Shown: positions 11,423 through 24,015, counted from the first letter of the stretch. The stretch: 48,664 nucleotides of DNA from Octopus bimaculoides (GCF_001194135.2 NC_068991.1:27667586-27716249); one strand, 5' to 3'. Translations and numbers: made by a program. The notes: generated from the letters alone by a model not told the origin.

Positions 11423-11522
11423 GTGAATGTGGCAAGAATGACCCGCGTGAATGTGGCAAGAATGGCCCGCGTGAATGTGGCAAGAATGACCCGCGTGAAT
11501 GTGGCAAGAATGGCCCGCGTGA
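11423..11522 (+). repeat. 24-bp tandem repeat x4 (GTGAATGTGGCAAGAATG[A/G]CCCGC) at the LINE ORF2 C-terminus
   Basis: Direct reading; units alternate A/G, giving VNVARMTR and VNVARMAR; abuts the N gap. Confidence 0.9.
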
Positions 11523-11796
11523 ATGGGCCTACTCTAAGTGTGCACTTGTAGGCCGGACGCAAGGAAGAGGAGAGGGTACCTTCCTGAGGAGCCTTTGGTG
11601 TTAAGGGGGTACAAAGTGCGTGAGGTATCCTTGGTCACCTTACGGTGGAGTTGCCCCTATTAGGGAAGCATATTGTTGATTTAATCTCTGTGATAATCGT
11701 TGTGTTTGTTTGCTGCTTACACATTTAACCTCACTGTCTCTCATCTGTGTGTCCTCCTCTATGTTTCGTGTTCGGCCCTGGTGACCAACAAAGAAA

Positions 11797-11807
11797 GTAT
11801 CATTATT

Positions 11808-11897
<90 letters not shown>

Positions 11898-11916
11898 GTT
11901 ATTATTATTATTATTA

Positions 11917-12009
<93 letters not shown>
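11797..12009. repeat. (ATC)n then long (ATT)n microsatellite
   Basis: Direct reading. Confidence 0.97.
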
Positions 12010-12010
<1 letters not shown>

Positions 12011-12195
12011 GGCTGCGAGCTGGCAGAATTGTTAGCATGCTGGACGAAATGCTAAACGGTATTTCATCTACCGCTACGTCTAAGTTCAAATCCCGCCAAG
12101 GTCGACTTTGCCTTTCATCCTTTCGGTGTCGACAAATTAAGTACCAGTTGCGTACTAGGGTCGATCTAATCAACTGGCCCCACTCCTCAGAAAGG
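12010..12195 (+). mobile_element. Family A SINE embedded in (ATT)n on both sides
   Basis: AAGGCTGCGAGCTGGCAGAA head, GTTCAAATCCC B box, GACTTTGCCTTTCATCCTTTCGG body, ending GAAAGG followed by ATT repeats. Confidence 0.9.
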
Positions 12196-12199
12196 ATTA

Positions 12200-12298
<99 letters not shown>
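12196..12298. repeat. (ATT)n microsatellite
   Basis: Direct reading. Confidence 0.95.
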
Positions 12299-13404
12299 GC
12301 ATTATTATAGCCGTAAAGCGCAGCTGATACTTTAACAAAGCAAACTCTTAAATATCACTAAAAGGATTTATACCACTTCAAAACTCCATCGAATACAGTG
12401 TTTACAAGCAGTAGTGTATATATTTATTTCTCTATCAGGGATAGCAAATTCACATAGTGATTGAAATAAAGCGAGTTAGTGATATCTTTTCATGGTTCGC
12501 TGTAAAATTGTTAAACACCAACAGCATCTTTACCATTGCAAAATAAACCTATTACATGTTATAAACACACCGATGGTGCAATGATGCATGTATTTGTTTT
12601 ATCAATCTCACGAATAAAACCATCAAGTGAAACAAGCTTGCCAGTTTTTCTTCTTGGCTCGCTTCTACTACAAAATCTACGACCATTTTACTTTCATAGA
12701 TTGAAAGTAGTAAACATCAATAGCTCCTGTTGTTTCTGTTACATATATTGACCCTATGTTGACCTTGCTAACCAGCTCAACTAATACTAGTTCTTTCAAA
12801 GAGCAAGCAACATCGATAGCATATTGTAAGTTTTACTCTTCTCCCTCTCACACACACACACTCTCCCTCACTTTCTCTCTTTCTCTCTCTCCCTCCTATT
12901 TTATTATATCTTTACTTTTCCGGTGAACTTCTGAGTCTATTTATAGATTATTGATATTATCTTATTCCACTCCTCTATCTATCTGTATATCTGTGCCACC
13001 TTTCCTTCTTTTATTCCCTCTTCTTTCATTACTTATGACTCTCCTAATCCCTGTTCCTAGGAATTGATACTAATGAACGTAGAAATTTTCTTAATACAAG
13101 ACCAACAATGAATAGCATCATCCACGTCTACATAAATAGACAAAAATATGGTTCATATAACATCACAAAAATCAAACAGCAAAGCACTTCATACAACTGA
13201 GCCTCACGAAGCTGAGTCGTAATAAAATGCAAGAGACCCATACAATGCCATGAAATATCATTTAAAAAAAAAATAATGATAGTACTCTGAGGTAAAAATG
13301 AAAATAGGACATGGTTTCTGGTCTCCCTGGGACCTCACATGCAGGAATCGTTATAAAAGCACCACCTTAGTGATGAGATGTAGAGTAAAAGGGTAAAAAA
13401 AAAC

Positions 13405-13728
13405 CTTCGGTCATAAACGACCATGGGATTGCACCTAGAAAGTTACCCTCCGTGGCAGAAGTCCGGGCAAGGTAGTTTATGGGAGACCAGATGTCCGTTA
13501 TGCATACCAGCATCCCCTCTCCGTGCCACCGATATTATCCAAGGGAAAAGCAAAGGCCAATACAGCTTGGAGCTAGTGACGTCGCAACTCATTTCTACAG
13601 CTGAGTGAACTGGAGTAGCGTTAAATGAAGTGTCTTTCTCAAGAACACAATAAACACCCAGGTCCGGGAATCGAATTCACTATCTCGTGATTGTGAGTCC
13701 GACACTCTTACCACTGAGCCATGCGCTT
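13405..13728 (-). mobile_element. Family C-type SINE with an alternative 3' half
   Basis: GGCTCAGTGGTAAGAGTGTCGGACTC head, AATTCGATTCC B box, the same TGTGTTCTTGAGAAAGACACTTCATTT..CTCCAGTTCACTCAGCTG core as 6707-6965, an unrelated 3' half and a T-rich end. Confidence 0.85.
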
Positions 13729-14132
13729 TCACTAATGAAATATAGGCAATACTTATTAAGGAAACTATATATATCAGATTTACGACACCTGGAGTAAAAA
13801 AGGAACACACAAAACCAAACAAATCTGGGGTCGAAAAACTTGCTAATGGTTTGACCCGTTCCCAAAAACACTGGCATGAAGGCTCCCTTTAGCAGGATAA
13901 CTCCAAACAATGGCCCTTAAGGCACACCATCTTTAACTTTTAAAGCTAATACAGTTCCAATCCCGCTAAGATTACTTTTTCATCCATCCGAATTCGATAA
14001 AATAAAGTGCCTTTGAAGTACTAGAATCAATGATATTGATTATCCTTTGAAAATTTCTGACCTTGTACCTAAATTAAAAGAAAATGTTGTTGGTGTTGAA
14101 GATAATGGTGATGAGGACAAGGAGGAAAAGAA

Positions 14133-14184
<52 letters not shown>

Positions 14185-14186
14185 GC

Positions 14187-14242
<56 letters not shown>
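14133..14242. repeat. (GTT)n microsatellite
   Basis: Direct reading. Confidence 0.97.
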
Positions 14243-15237
14243 GATATAAGCAGTCATGTTTTGTACAGCTGCTCGTAAAATGTCTCCTTGGTTCTTCAGA
14301 ACATTTAAACATCAGCCCTGTTATCTGTGGTAGAAAAAAGGTCTGTTCTCAGCCTTTTTTTTTTTCTGACATTTTACACAATTTTGGGAAATAACCGCTT
14401 GAAATATTCATACACGTAGCAAGATGGCCGTCTCAGGAAGAGCATGAAGAGGTGGGATGATAGATCTGGTGTGCCTCATTCATGCTGTTTGTGCCACAGT
14501 ACACGGATTTCAGAATCAGTGGAATCAAAGTAAGAGATATTATCACAGACGTCGACTCTTGATTGTTACCTTTGCACGAACATGTGACACCTTACATCTG
14601 AGTGGTGTCTCTTGCAACACCTTACATCTGAGTGGTGTCTCTACGGGCGGCCAAATTTCAATACCTCGAAGACAACAAGACCATCGCGGACCTGTAATTC
14701 ATTGAGGGTGAGAAGAAGAGATCAACTGGATAGGTGAAGCAAGGAAGAAGATTCAGTTATTATATTATTTGGGGGCCTTCTACAAAGATGTGGAGTAAAA
14801 GTAGAAACATAGTACAATGGACAGCAGTAGAAGCAGCAGATACAACAAGCACCAGAAATGAAGACTCCCTGATGCTGATGTTGCTTCCAGAGCAAACAGA
14901 TGTAACTCCGAGAATGGCCAGAGCAGATGCAAGCAATATCACCGTGTTTTTGGCACCGAAGCCACGAAGTTATTTCTCCACTCACAAGACTGATCAGAAA
15001 TTACAAATAGCGGTACTGTCCCTATGTGTTGTCTAGCAAAACCACAGCCCAAGGAACGGGCTTGGACGGATCGACGGGGAAAGAAGACTCTGCACGGCAG
15101 CGACGACGACGGCGTGTAGGCGCTGGCGAGGAGGGAAACTGAACGGCCTATGGCGAGAGGACGAACAGAACGGCGACTACCGGTGGGCGAGCGAGAGAGC
15201 GAACCAAGCTGCGGCGGCGCTAGGCGTGGAAAGACGA

Positions 15238-15335
15238 TAAAATAAGTACAAGGTTTACAAAGAATAAGTCCTGGGTTCGATCTGTTCGACTAAAGGTGGT
15301 GCTCCAGCGTGGCCACAGCCAAATGACTGAAACTA
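15238..15335 (+). mobile_element. 3' end of a family B SINE
   Basis: TTACAAAGAATAAGTCCTGGG..CGACTAAAGGTGGTGCTCCAGCGTGGCCACAGCCAAATGACTGAAAC, as at 25690, 32940 and 36650. Confidence 0.8.
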
Positions 15336-16117
15336 GTATATATATATATATATATATATATATAACCATCCAGATATCTGAGTACCTTATTATTTTTTCT
15401 AATATATATATANNNNNNNNNNNNNNNNNNNNNNNNNNNNNNNNNNNNNNNNNNNNNNNNNNNNNNNNNNNNNNNNNNNNNNNNNNNNNNNNNNNNNNNN
15501 NNNNNNNNNNNNNNNNNNNNNNNNNNNNNNNNNNNNNNNNNNNNNNNNNNNNNNNNNNNNNNNNNNNNNNNNNNNNNNNNNNNNNNNNNNNNNNNNNNNN
15601 NNNNNNNNNNNNNNNNNNNNNNNNNNNNNNNNNNNNNNNNNNNNATATATATATATATATATATAATATACATCCAAACATACATAAACATACGCGTTTA
15701 TATATATGTATGTGTGTGTGCGTGTTTGTGTGAGTGTGTGTGTTTGTATGTGTGTACACACACGCTCACGTACGCACGCAATCACACTCCATATATATAT
15801 AAGCAAACACAAACATATACATGTAGATAGAAATAGTGCTCATGATTATGTTTTACCAAAACAAGTTTCGGGTGGGAGTAATCTCTAAGAGAAGTGATTA
15901 ATCAATTCCAACCAAAGATACTGATTTAGACATTCTTTTTTCTTCATTTCTTTGTTTCGGTGAAGGCAAACTTGCATGGTCCAAATAGACACCTTCATTA
16001 GCCACATTTGTGTACGGCTGAGGCATTTTTTGGCGATATCTGCGGCCAGTTAATCGAATATTCTGGATAGAAATACATTTAGAAAAAAAAATCACTTCTA
16101 AAGTGCTGCTAATTTAG

Positions 16118-16272
16118 ATATGTATGTATGCATGTATGTATGTATGTATGCATGTATGTATGTATGCATGTATGCACGTATGTATGTATGCATGTACTAT
16201 GTATGCATGTATGAATGAATATGCATATGTATCTATGCATGTATTTATGTATGTACGTATGTGTACGTATGA

Positions 16273-16329
<57 letters not shown>

Positions 16330-16440
16330 CGTGTATTTGTGTATGGATGTATAAATGTATCTAATTGTGCATGTATGTGTATGCATAAATGTGTGTCTGT
16401 ATGTATGTTTGTGCTTGTGTATGTGTGTCTATGCGGTGCA
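16118..16440. repeat. Compound (TATG)n/(TA)n/(TG)n microsatellite
   Basis: Direct reading. Confidence 0.92.
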
Positions 16441-18359
16441 TCTATGTTTTAGTATGCAAATATGTGTGCAGATTGGCCTTCTTTGTCTCGATAAAACTTT
16501 GTTCGTTCGTATGCAGTGCCTTTTGGGTCTGTAAGTACGCGTGTGTGCATGTACGAGAGTGTATGTGAGTATGTGAGTATATTTGAGTGTAATAATGAGA
16601 GTTTATGCATGTATATGTGTGTAATTACAGGGTAATCATTACATTCCCAGCCACTACCGCCAACAACGCCATTACGGAGTTATCTTTCCTCTGTAAGGCA
16701 GGATTTATTCGTGTTACTTTCACTTTAAAAAAAAACCTTCTGTTGGTTTTGTGTTCTTGTTTTTTATTGTTTTGTTTTTAATGTTATATCCATTAAGTAG
16801 AAGGACATTCTGGAGCCCATCTTTTATCAGTAACACTAAAAGTTTTTGTTTTTTCCAATAATACTTCTCCATAAATTAGAAGCAAGTGCTCTTAAAGATC
16901 AGCTTGCCTACTGTAACATTTGTTATAACTAAGTCTAAAGCTATGCACGGCTGACGAGACATCATGAGCTGCAACAGTCTGCTCTCCCTTGATTCCGAGT
17001 CTTTTATTATTAATAATTATTGCCGCTTGTCAGCTTATATGTTCGCTTATCTATGAATGTACATATATATGTTTGTAGGACTGTATACGTGTTCTTGTGT
17101 TTGTGTGTGAGTGTAAGTGTATAAAAGTGTGAGCATTCGGCTCACAACATCCTGTAAACTAGATTTAGATTTCACGTCTAAAATGGTTTGCGTTTCAAGA
17201 ATAAAATAAATGCAATATGAAGACAATCAACAATTATTATCGATGCCAAGAATCGAATTCTCTGCCAAACATTAGCCTGACATTGTTACCCCTAGACGAC
17301 ACTTGGGATATAATAATTTTCATTATAAGATTGCAGCTTCATAAAACTGACATAAATGCACGATAATATCGGTTGAATATGGATTTCTTTTACTTCATAC
17401 CCTTATTTCTTTCTTTCTATTCTCATTCACTTTCTTTTTTAATCTTTGTGTCATTTTCTTTTTAATATTTTCCTCGAAATTATTTTTCTTTTCTAATTAT
17501 TTTTTTTTCTTTCTCTCCTTTCTATTTTTTTATGTCGTTTTAGTCCAGCAATTTAATGGCCTTATGTTTCAAAATCAATATGAACTGCAAGATTTTATTT
17601 TAAAATAAAATTTGAATTAGTACATTTTTATTTTGTTTATTTTTATTTTCGTATTGTGCACTTTTATTGATATTTATTATATTTTCAGGGAAGAATGCAA
17701 AGTCCAATCGTTCATTTTTGTAAATCGAATCACATACAATCGTGTATCTATGTGCGTGGCTGTGTGTGTGCGCACACGCATTTAATTTTTATACTATTTA
17801 TTATTATTAATAATATTAAAATATTTGTGTTCCTCTGTTGATTTTTCTGGGGTTTTTTTCAGTTTTAAATCAACTTTCTGCATTTATTGCAGGCTTGAAT
17901 AATTAGTAAAATGCATTGACGTGTTAAGATTGAGTTATCGATCTTGAATTTCTGGTCCGTGAACCGAAACATAATCAGTTCTGATAATGTACTTTAATGA
18001 CATCCGCTAGTTGTTCTGCTCCTGTCACTAATCAGCCTACCATCGTCCTTCACCCAGCCTCACAAGGATACAGGTTACAAGTTGAGCAGTAAAAAAAAAT
18101 AAATAAACGAAAGTCCATTGTGTTTGTGCCGACAGATATCATGATATGTACCAAGATTCTAGCAGCAAAGTGAGTAACGCAAGCACGCAAGCATTCCTGT
18201 CAGAAATGTTCTGAGAATTGTGTTAAAACTTGTTTAAGTTTTTCAAAAATCCGGTCTCATAAATAACTATTACACATTTCTAAATTCCTTAATAGTGAGA
18301 TGATAAAGGAAAAACTATTTCTAAAGAAGGCACACGTTCAGAAATTTGGAGGAAGACAT

Positions 18360-18530
18360 TAGTCGAATTAAATCAACTCAGGAACTTGATTAGTACTTCA
18401 TTCATTGATCCCAGGATAAGGAAAGGTAAAGTTGTCCTTCGTAGTATTTGAACTCACAATGTAAGGAGCCAGAGTATACACCGCAAAGCACTTCATCCGA
18501 CGGTCTAACGCTTCTTTCATTCCACTACTT
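18360..18530 (-). mobile_element. Old family A SINE
   Basis: TAGTACTTCATTCATTGATCCC..GAAAGGTAAAGTTG..ATTTGAACTCACAATGTAAG matches the family A reverse complement. Confidence 0.6.
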
Positions 18531-18594
18531 TAAATGGCTTATAAAATAATGGATTCTGGTTTTGGCAAGATGCCAACAGTTTTTAAAGGGGCGG

Positions 18595-18745
18595 GTTATT
18601 CAATACCATCAACCCACAGTACAGCACTGTTACTTCTTTTATTGACCCCACAAAGATGAAAGCAAATTTGACGTCGGCGGGTTTTCAATAAATCTCATAA
18701 TGTGTGTTTTCTTTTTACGACGCTTCAACGATTCTGCCGGCTTGC
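18595..18745 (-). mobile_element. Old family A SINE fragment
   Basis: TTATTGACCCCACAAAGATGAAAGCAAATTTGACGTCGGCGG..AACGATTCTGCCGGCTTGCC. Confidence 0.5.
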
Positions 18746-19279
18746 CAGCTTTGTGATTTATGAAATAATGAGAAACTTTGATAGAGAAAAAAAAATTATC
18801 ATAAAGTAGCAAAGAAAGAATGCAGAAAGGTAAGCATCGTATGGATATGGAAGTGGGGAAATGAGCTCATAATGCTTCAGTTCAAATCAACAACAGACGT
18901 TATTTCTCTTATGTTCTTCCTTTTTATCAGCAGACTTAAGTTATGAGTATCAATGCACTTACTTGCGCCTAATAATTAGAGGCTTGTTTTGGGTATGTTA
19001 CAAGCGAAGGATAAACCTTATATTACTTGCATTTTTATTTTGGATCTGAGAAAGACAAACGTTATAGCGTATGCAGGCTAGAGAGTTTGAAGATCATTCG
19101 TTTAATCAGAGCTTATCATCTTGGAGGACTAATGACATTTACATTTAGATTTAACAAAAGACCTAAAAGTTCGAATGCGTCAGTAAATCTGTGTTCATGA
19201 TACTTATTAATTATGAACTGCATCTACACAAGTTACCTATGTAATAAACTGTCATTAATGGAGCCTTTTTCTAGTCACT

Positions 19280-20481
19280 AGACGTTCATGAAAACATTTC
19301 AATACATGAAATATGTTGAAATGTTTTTCAATATATTAAATGTTTTTCACTGGAAAATCGGAGACGGCTCAGACAGCATATTGAATACATTCAACTGAAC
19401 ACTGCTCGTCACAGCTAACAAGTTTGCAGAGTGCAGTCGAGGCGTGAAGACAATTTGGATGCTCGCTATACAATAAAGTTTTCTGTAAAAGTGGGCAAAA
19501 CCTCTACAGAAACTTATGAAATACACAAGTCTTCTTATGCATTAACTTGCATGTATTATGCATCTAGTTATCGCTGACACAAGTGACTCGAGGACGTTGG
19601 AGAGGACGTGAGAGACGATGAGAGCTGTAGAAGGGAGAAGGGCGTGAGAACAACAGAGCTGAATGAGAAAATTCGCAATTTTCTGGATGAAGACAGTCGT
19701 ATGTCTGTAAAGACAGTAGAAATACAGTTTGGAGTTGGTTTGGCAATTGTACACAATTATTCATGAAGATCTGAATATGCACGGAATTTGTGCGAAGTTT
19801 GTTATCAGAAGGAAAAACGCGATGTTGACAGCGGGGAGATGGTTGAGTTCATTACCACCAATCTAAGAGTATTTGAGTCTCTGCTGACCTGAAACGAAAG
19901 CTGGATCTACTTTTATGATCCAACGACCAAGTGACAAAGTGCCCAGTGGAAGTATTCTGTTTCCTCCAGACTCAATAAGGTAAGGCAAAGCAATTCCACT
20001 GGGAAGCTCATGACCTTTTTCTACAGCAAGCTCATCATTTATATCTGGCTGGTTATCTCGGGCCAGACAACCAATAAAGAGTACTTTGTGAAGGTTTTGA
20101 GGGAGGGAGTTCAAGAAGAGATTTCGTCAAAAATGACCAGAGCTCTTCTGCTCGAGTCAGTGGCATTTGCACCAGGACAATGCACCAGTCCACAGTTCCA
20201 TCGTCAAAGATGAGCATCAAAACTGTCCGTCACCCTCCCACAGTCCATATCTTGTTCCCTGTGACTTATTTGTTGCTCCCCAAACCGAAGGACAACTTCA
20301 GGAGTAGTCGTTTGAAGACATTGAGATGAAGCAGGCTGTGACAAGGGTCCTGGACACCTGGGTGGGGTGGGGGATTGAGTCAGAAGATCCTACTTTGAAG
20401 AAGATTAGAGTTTTGTACTTCTTCGAAATTAATAAATGTCTCTCTTGAAAAAATCTCAAAACTTCTGGAGTGAATCTTGTA
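19280..20481 (+). mobile_element. Tc1/mariner (DD34D-type) transposon relic
   Basis: YTIKFSVKVGKTSTETYE, EDVRDDE, NFLDEDSRMSV, EDLNMHGICAKFV, NESWIYFYDPTTK, WHLHQDNAPVH, HPP.SP.LVPCDLF. A TIR-like right end CAAAACTTCTGGAGTGAATCTTGTA is present; the left TIR is not identifiable. Confidence 0.85.
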
Positions 20482-21229
20482 CTTATGAGTATGTGAGAGT
20501 ACTCGCACACTACAGACTGCCGCTTGTAATCGCTCTGTATAAGATTCGCTATACAGAGTTTTTACTGTTGTGTATACACAAAGAGTAAAACGGTAAAGAC
20601 AATTTGTGGGAAGATTTTTACAAAACTTTCGAACTGTTATTCAGATAGAGTTTTTATTTATGTAAATTTTTGAGGATGAGGCGTTTCCCTGTTCTGCAAA
20701 TATCAAGTGTTTTGTTTCTGTTTTATGTAAGCTGAAACTTTTTTTTTTCCTTTCACTGCTAGAAAAAATATTTCCAATTACAACATCAAATGGAAGATTA
20801 TTGAAAGATCAAAGTCTTATGAGAATGAAAATAAAAGATGTGATCTTTGCACTGTGATGAAATACTTCATCTTCAAAAATCTACATAACTATGATTTCTT
20901 TTTTGAATACCAGATTGAAAATATTCAGGAAGTGCAAATAGTTCGAGTAACATTCGTTATGTGACTGAGCCGTAGCATCTTTACCTGATTAACTTCACTC
21001 AAATACACACATATACGGGCGCGCGCATACGCGCACACACATACACACATACACACACACGTACATATATTTGTGTGTGTGTGTGTGCGTGTGTGTGTGT
21101 GTGTGCGTGTGTGTGTGTGCGTGTGTGTGTGCGTGCGTGTACAATTTTGTCTCTTCATTGCCTTACTGCACTTTGCATCTCCTTTTGCTCAAATATTTTT
21201 GGTAAGCCATAAACGTTAAAGATTGGAGG

Positions 21230-22120
21230 TTCAAACAATCTTGGTGGGAAATGAGTTATGATGATTTGAAACCAGATTACTGAGCTGCTTCAGAATGCAG
21301 TATTCTGTATTTGTATGTATTTCAGCGAAATCCCGATAATATTTGGCATGCATTATCACAATAGCACCGCCCTTACAAAATGCAATAAAGCAACAAGGTC
21401 AGTGAATACATAAAGTACTATAACCAAAAGCTCTAAAACTTATACTTATCACAGATAATCTAGCAAGTCTTACCCATTGCCTAAGTAATTTTGGTAAGAT
21501 CATTTCGAAATCACTGTGTGCTCACATACTGAGTTTCATTTAGGATAACATTGTCATTTTATCTCATTTACCAAACACAACAGAACCGAATTCGTTGTTG
21601 GTTAGTTTTGAGGTAGCATGCCGCTGCAAAAATATTCCACAAGATTTAGAAATAACGGTAATTAAATATTGGGTTGAGGAACATAAAGAAGCGATCCCCA
21701 GTAGTTTCACCATAGACTTTATATTAGACGCTATCAGTCTTATCCTTGAGAATAACACATTTTACAGTGAGAAAACTTATTCTCAAATTAGAGGTACGTC
21801 GATGAAAGCCAAGCTTGCTCCGTTTTAGGCAAACTCAGAAATGAGATACATGGAACAAACGTTTATCAAAGTGTAGAGGGAAACTATGGCATTGACATTA
21901 GAAGATATACAGATTGCAAGTGCAAAAGTACCCTGACGATTGTTTCCTAATTTGAACATCATTTACAGATATTTTGAAGAATTCACATTCAACTTCGAAG
22001 CTCACAAAGGAGATAAATAATACAAAAATACTATTTCTGTATATGATAGTATTTAGAAATGGTATGGTACCTACATCACAAGAGATATATTAAAAAGACT
22101 AAAATACGCATCAGTACACG
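21230..22120 (+). mobile_element. Penelope-like element (PLE) reverse transcriptase, degenerate
   Basis: HLPNTTEPNSLLVSFEV..KNIPQDL..IKYWVEEH..FTIDFILDAISLILENNTFY..YSQIRGTSMKAKLAPF, followed by a DDCF-like segment and an ILFL segment. Confidence 0.8.
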
Positions 22121-22121
22121 A

Positions 22122-22152
<31 letters not shown>

Positions 22153-23732
22153 TATATACAGCGTGTGTGTGTGTGTGTGNNNNNNNNNNNNNNNNNNNNN
22201 NNNNNNNNNNNNNNNNNNNNNNNNNNNNNNNNNNNNNNNNNNNNNNNNNNNNNNNNNNNNNNNNNNNNNNNNNNNNNNNNNNNNNNNNNNNNNNNNNNNN
22301 NNNNNNNNNNNNNNNNNNNNNNNNNNNNNNNNNNNNNNNNNNNNNNNNNNNNNNNNNNNNNNNNNNNNNTCTTAAAGATCGAAAATTATAAAATAGGGAA
22401 CATGACAAGAAAACGAAAAATAGTAAAATATAAATGTTTAACATTTAAGATCAAAATTCAAATAAAGAAATTATGAAAAAAAGTTTTAAAATGTAATAGC
22501 TTTCAAACAACGATTAAAAAATGAAAGCTATGAAATTGTGAGTGCGAAGTCTTTGATTTGTTCCCCTTCGTATATGTGAACAATATCTGTTTACATTATA
22601 AGAAATTAGAAACTTCGAGCGATGTGAAATAAATTATATTTTCCATTAAAAATAATTTACTTCATTTTTTTCTAAGTCCATATGATATTACCGTCTTACA
22701 ATTCTCACCTGTACGAATATATGATAGTTTCTAAAATAGATGGCGTAACTTCAAATGGCTGTTTTGGTATAACAATTATCGCAGATGTCATGTTCACCTT
22801 CGATGTGAGTTCGAATTCGCTGGCAGTCTTTTTTTCTTTAACCAATACTCTACACGCTATTATTATAGCTTTATGTCCTTTGAGTTCCAACGTTTAAAAT
22901 AATTTACTTACCATTAATTTTTTCATTTCTTTATAATCATAAAACAATATTGTTGCGACAGTGAAAGTTAGACTGGTGTTGTGAAGTGACAAAGAAGTTA
23001 ATCAAATTTTGAAGGCAGGAAGTAGGAGAAGAGGTGTACACAGTGAATGAAGTCTTATGACGAGGGTATTAAGCGAAGATTGTATCCAAAACTAACAATA
23101 AAAGAAATACTTTATTAAAATGTATTAAACTTGAATTTTTGAAAGGTTTTTTTTTTCAGGAAACTATTGAATTTTAACATAGAAAACATTTAGCCAAAGG
23201 TAAACCGCTTTGTGTGTTTCGAAACTTCCAGCTGTGACATATAAACATATCTTTTCATAATTCATCGTATTGAAGTGAAGTGTAGTATTCAACATCGAAG
23301 ATCTAACTTTGTTTTTTCAAAAAATTACATCACTTGAAATGGAAGATAATAACTACCTAACTTTACAGTCGCTTCACTACCATTTCAATTGCATTCGAGA
23401 TGGTGAGGAAGTTGAGAGAGACGAAAAAATAGAATTCATCTTTCTATAATTTTTTCATCCTTAACAGAGAATCTATAGAAAATTTGAAAAAAATATTTTA
23501 AGACTTAAATTGAAACTTTTATAATTTATAATTAATAAAAAAAATGCTCGATCTATGTTTCTACCTAAATACAATGTAATACATACGTATTCAAGTGTGT
23601 CCATGCGTGAGTATATATACATATGCATGCGTGTATACAACCTTTTCTTATCTCTCCCAGATGCTTTGGCTAAAATTATCTCACCTAAGAATCTCACCTC
23701 CTTGTAACCTATAAATCTATTGGTTTTCTGCA

Positions 23733-23745
<13 letters not shown>

Positions 23746-23801
<56 letters not shown>

Positions 23802-23807
23802 CCTTCT

Positions 23808-23865
<58 letters not shown>
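23746..23865. repeat. (ATT)n then (CTT)n microsatellite
   Basis: Direct reading. Confidence 0.95.
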
Positions 23866-23866
<1 letters not shown>

Positions 23867-24015
23867 TATGGCCGAGAGTTCAAGAAGTTTGCGTTTCAAA
23901 TTCAATCCCACTACAGTTATCTTGGAGCCAGTGTCATTTGCTATAACCTCGTATCAACTAGAACCTTGTCAGTGAAATTGAGTGTGTGGAAACTATGTGG
24001 GAACGCATCAGGTGG
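23866..24015 (+). mobile_element. Decayed family B SINE 5' half
   Basis: TTCAATCCCACTACAGTTATCTTGGAGCCAGTGTC..CCTTGTCAGTGAAATTG..GGAAACT resembles 36040-36130. Confidence 0.5.

Larger units (their letters stand above)
8549..11796 (+). mobile_element. Tx1/L1-clade LINE, 5'-truncated ORF2 (RT and C-terminus) plus 3' UTR, spanning an assembly gap
   Basis: HEGCIVRARAR, SPRLDGL, NFRPVTLLNTDYKILAKVLAKRL, KTFDRVDHL, RSVRQ*SPLSPLLYVLALEPLLRKL, DDVTVIV..YEAVTGAMINQEKS..WFG. After the gap the ORF ends ..VNVARMARVNGPTLSVHL* (TAG 11549-11551), and the UTR ends AACAAAGAAAG followed by (ATC/ATT)n. Multiple stops and frameshifts. Confidence 0.88.

Noticed and set aside
12380-13100. Possible decayed PLE GIY-YIG region with a CTAATGA..GAAA motif
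   Set aside because: Motifs are not recoverable in order, and the hammerhead core is mutated with no stem II.
14722-14985. Ty3/Gypsy gag-protease call
   Set aside because: Only faint motif echoes; no LTR, PBS or RT support. Kept as an unexplained block.
18750-18835. Strong donor AAG|GTAAGC
   Set aside because: The upstream segment has stops and adjoins SINE debris.
20533-20558. 9-bp perfect hairpin CTCTGTATA/TATACAGAG
   Set aside because: No CTRR Helitron end or other context; compatible with chance.
23160-23200. 40-nt segment with good acceptor and donor (plus strand)
   Set aside because: Stops in all three frames; at most non-coding, and unsupported without RNA data.
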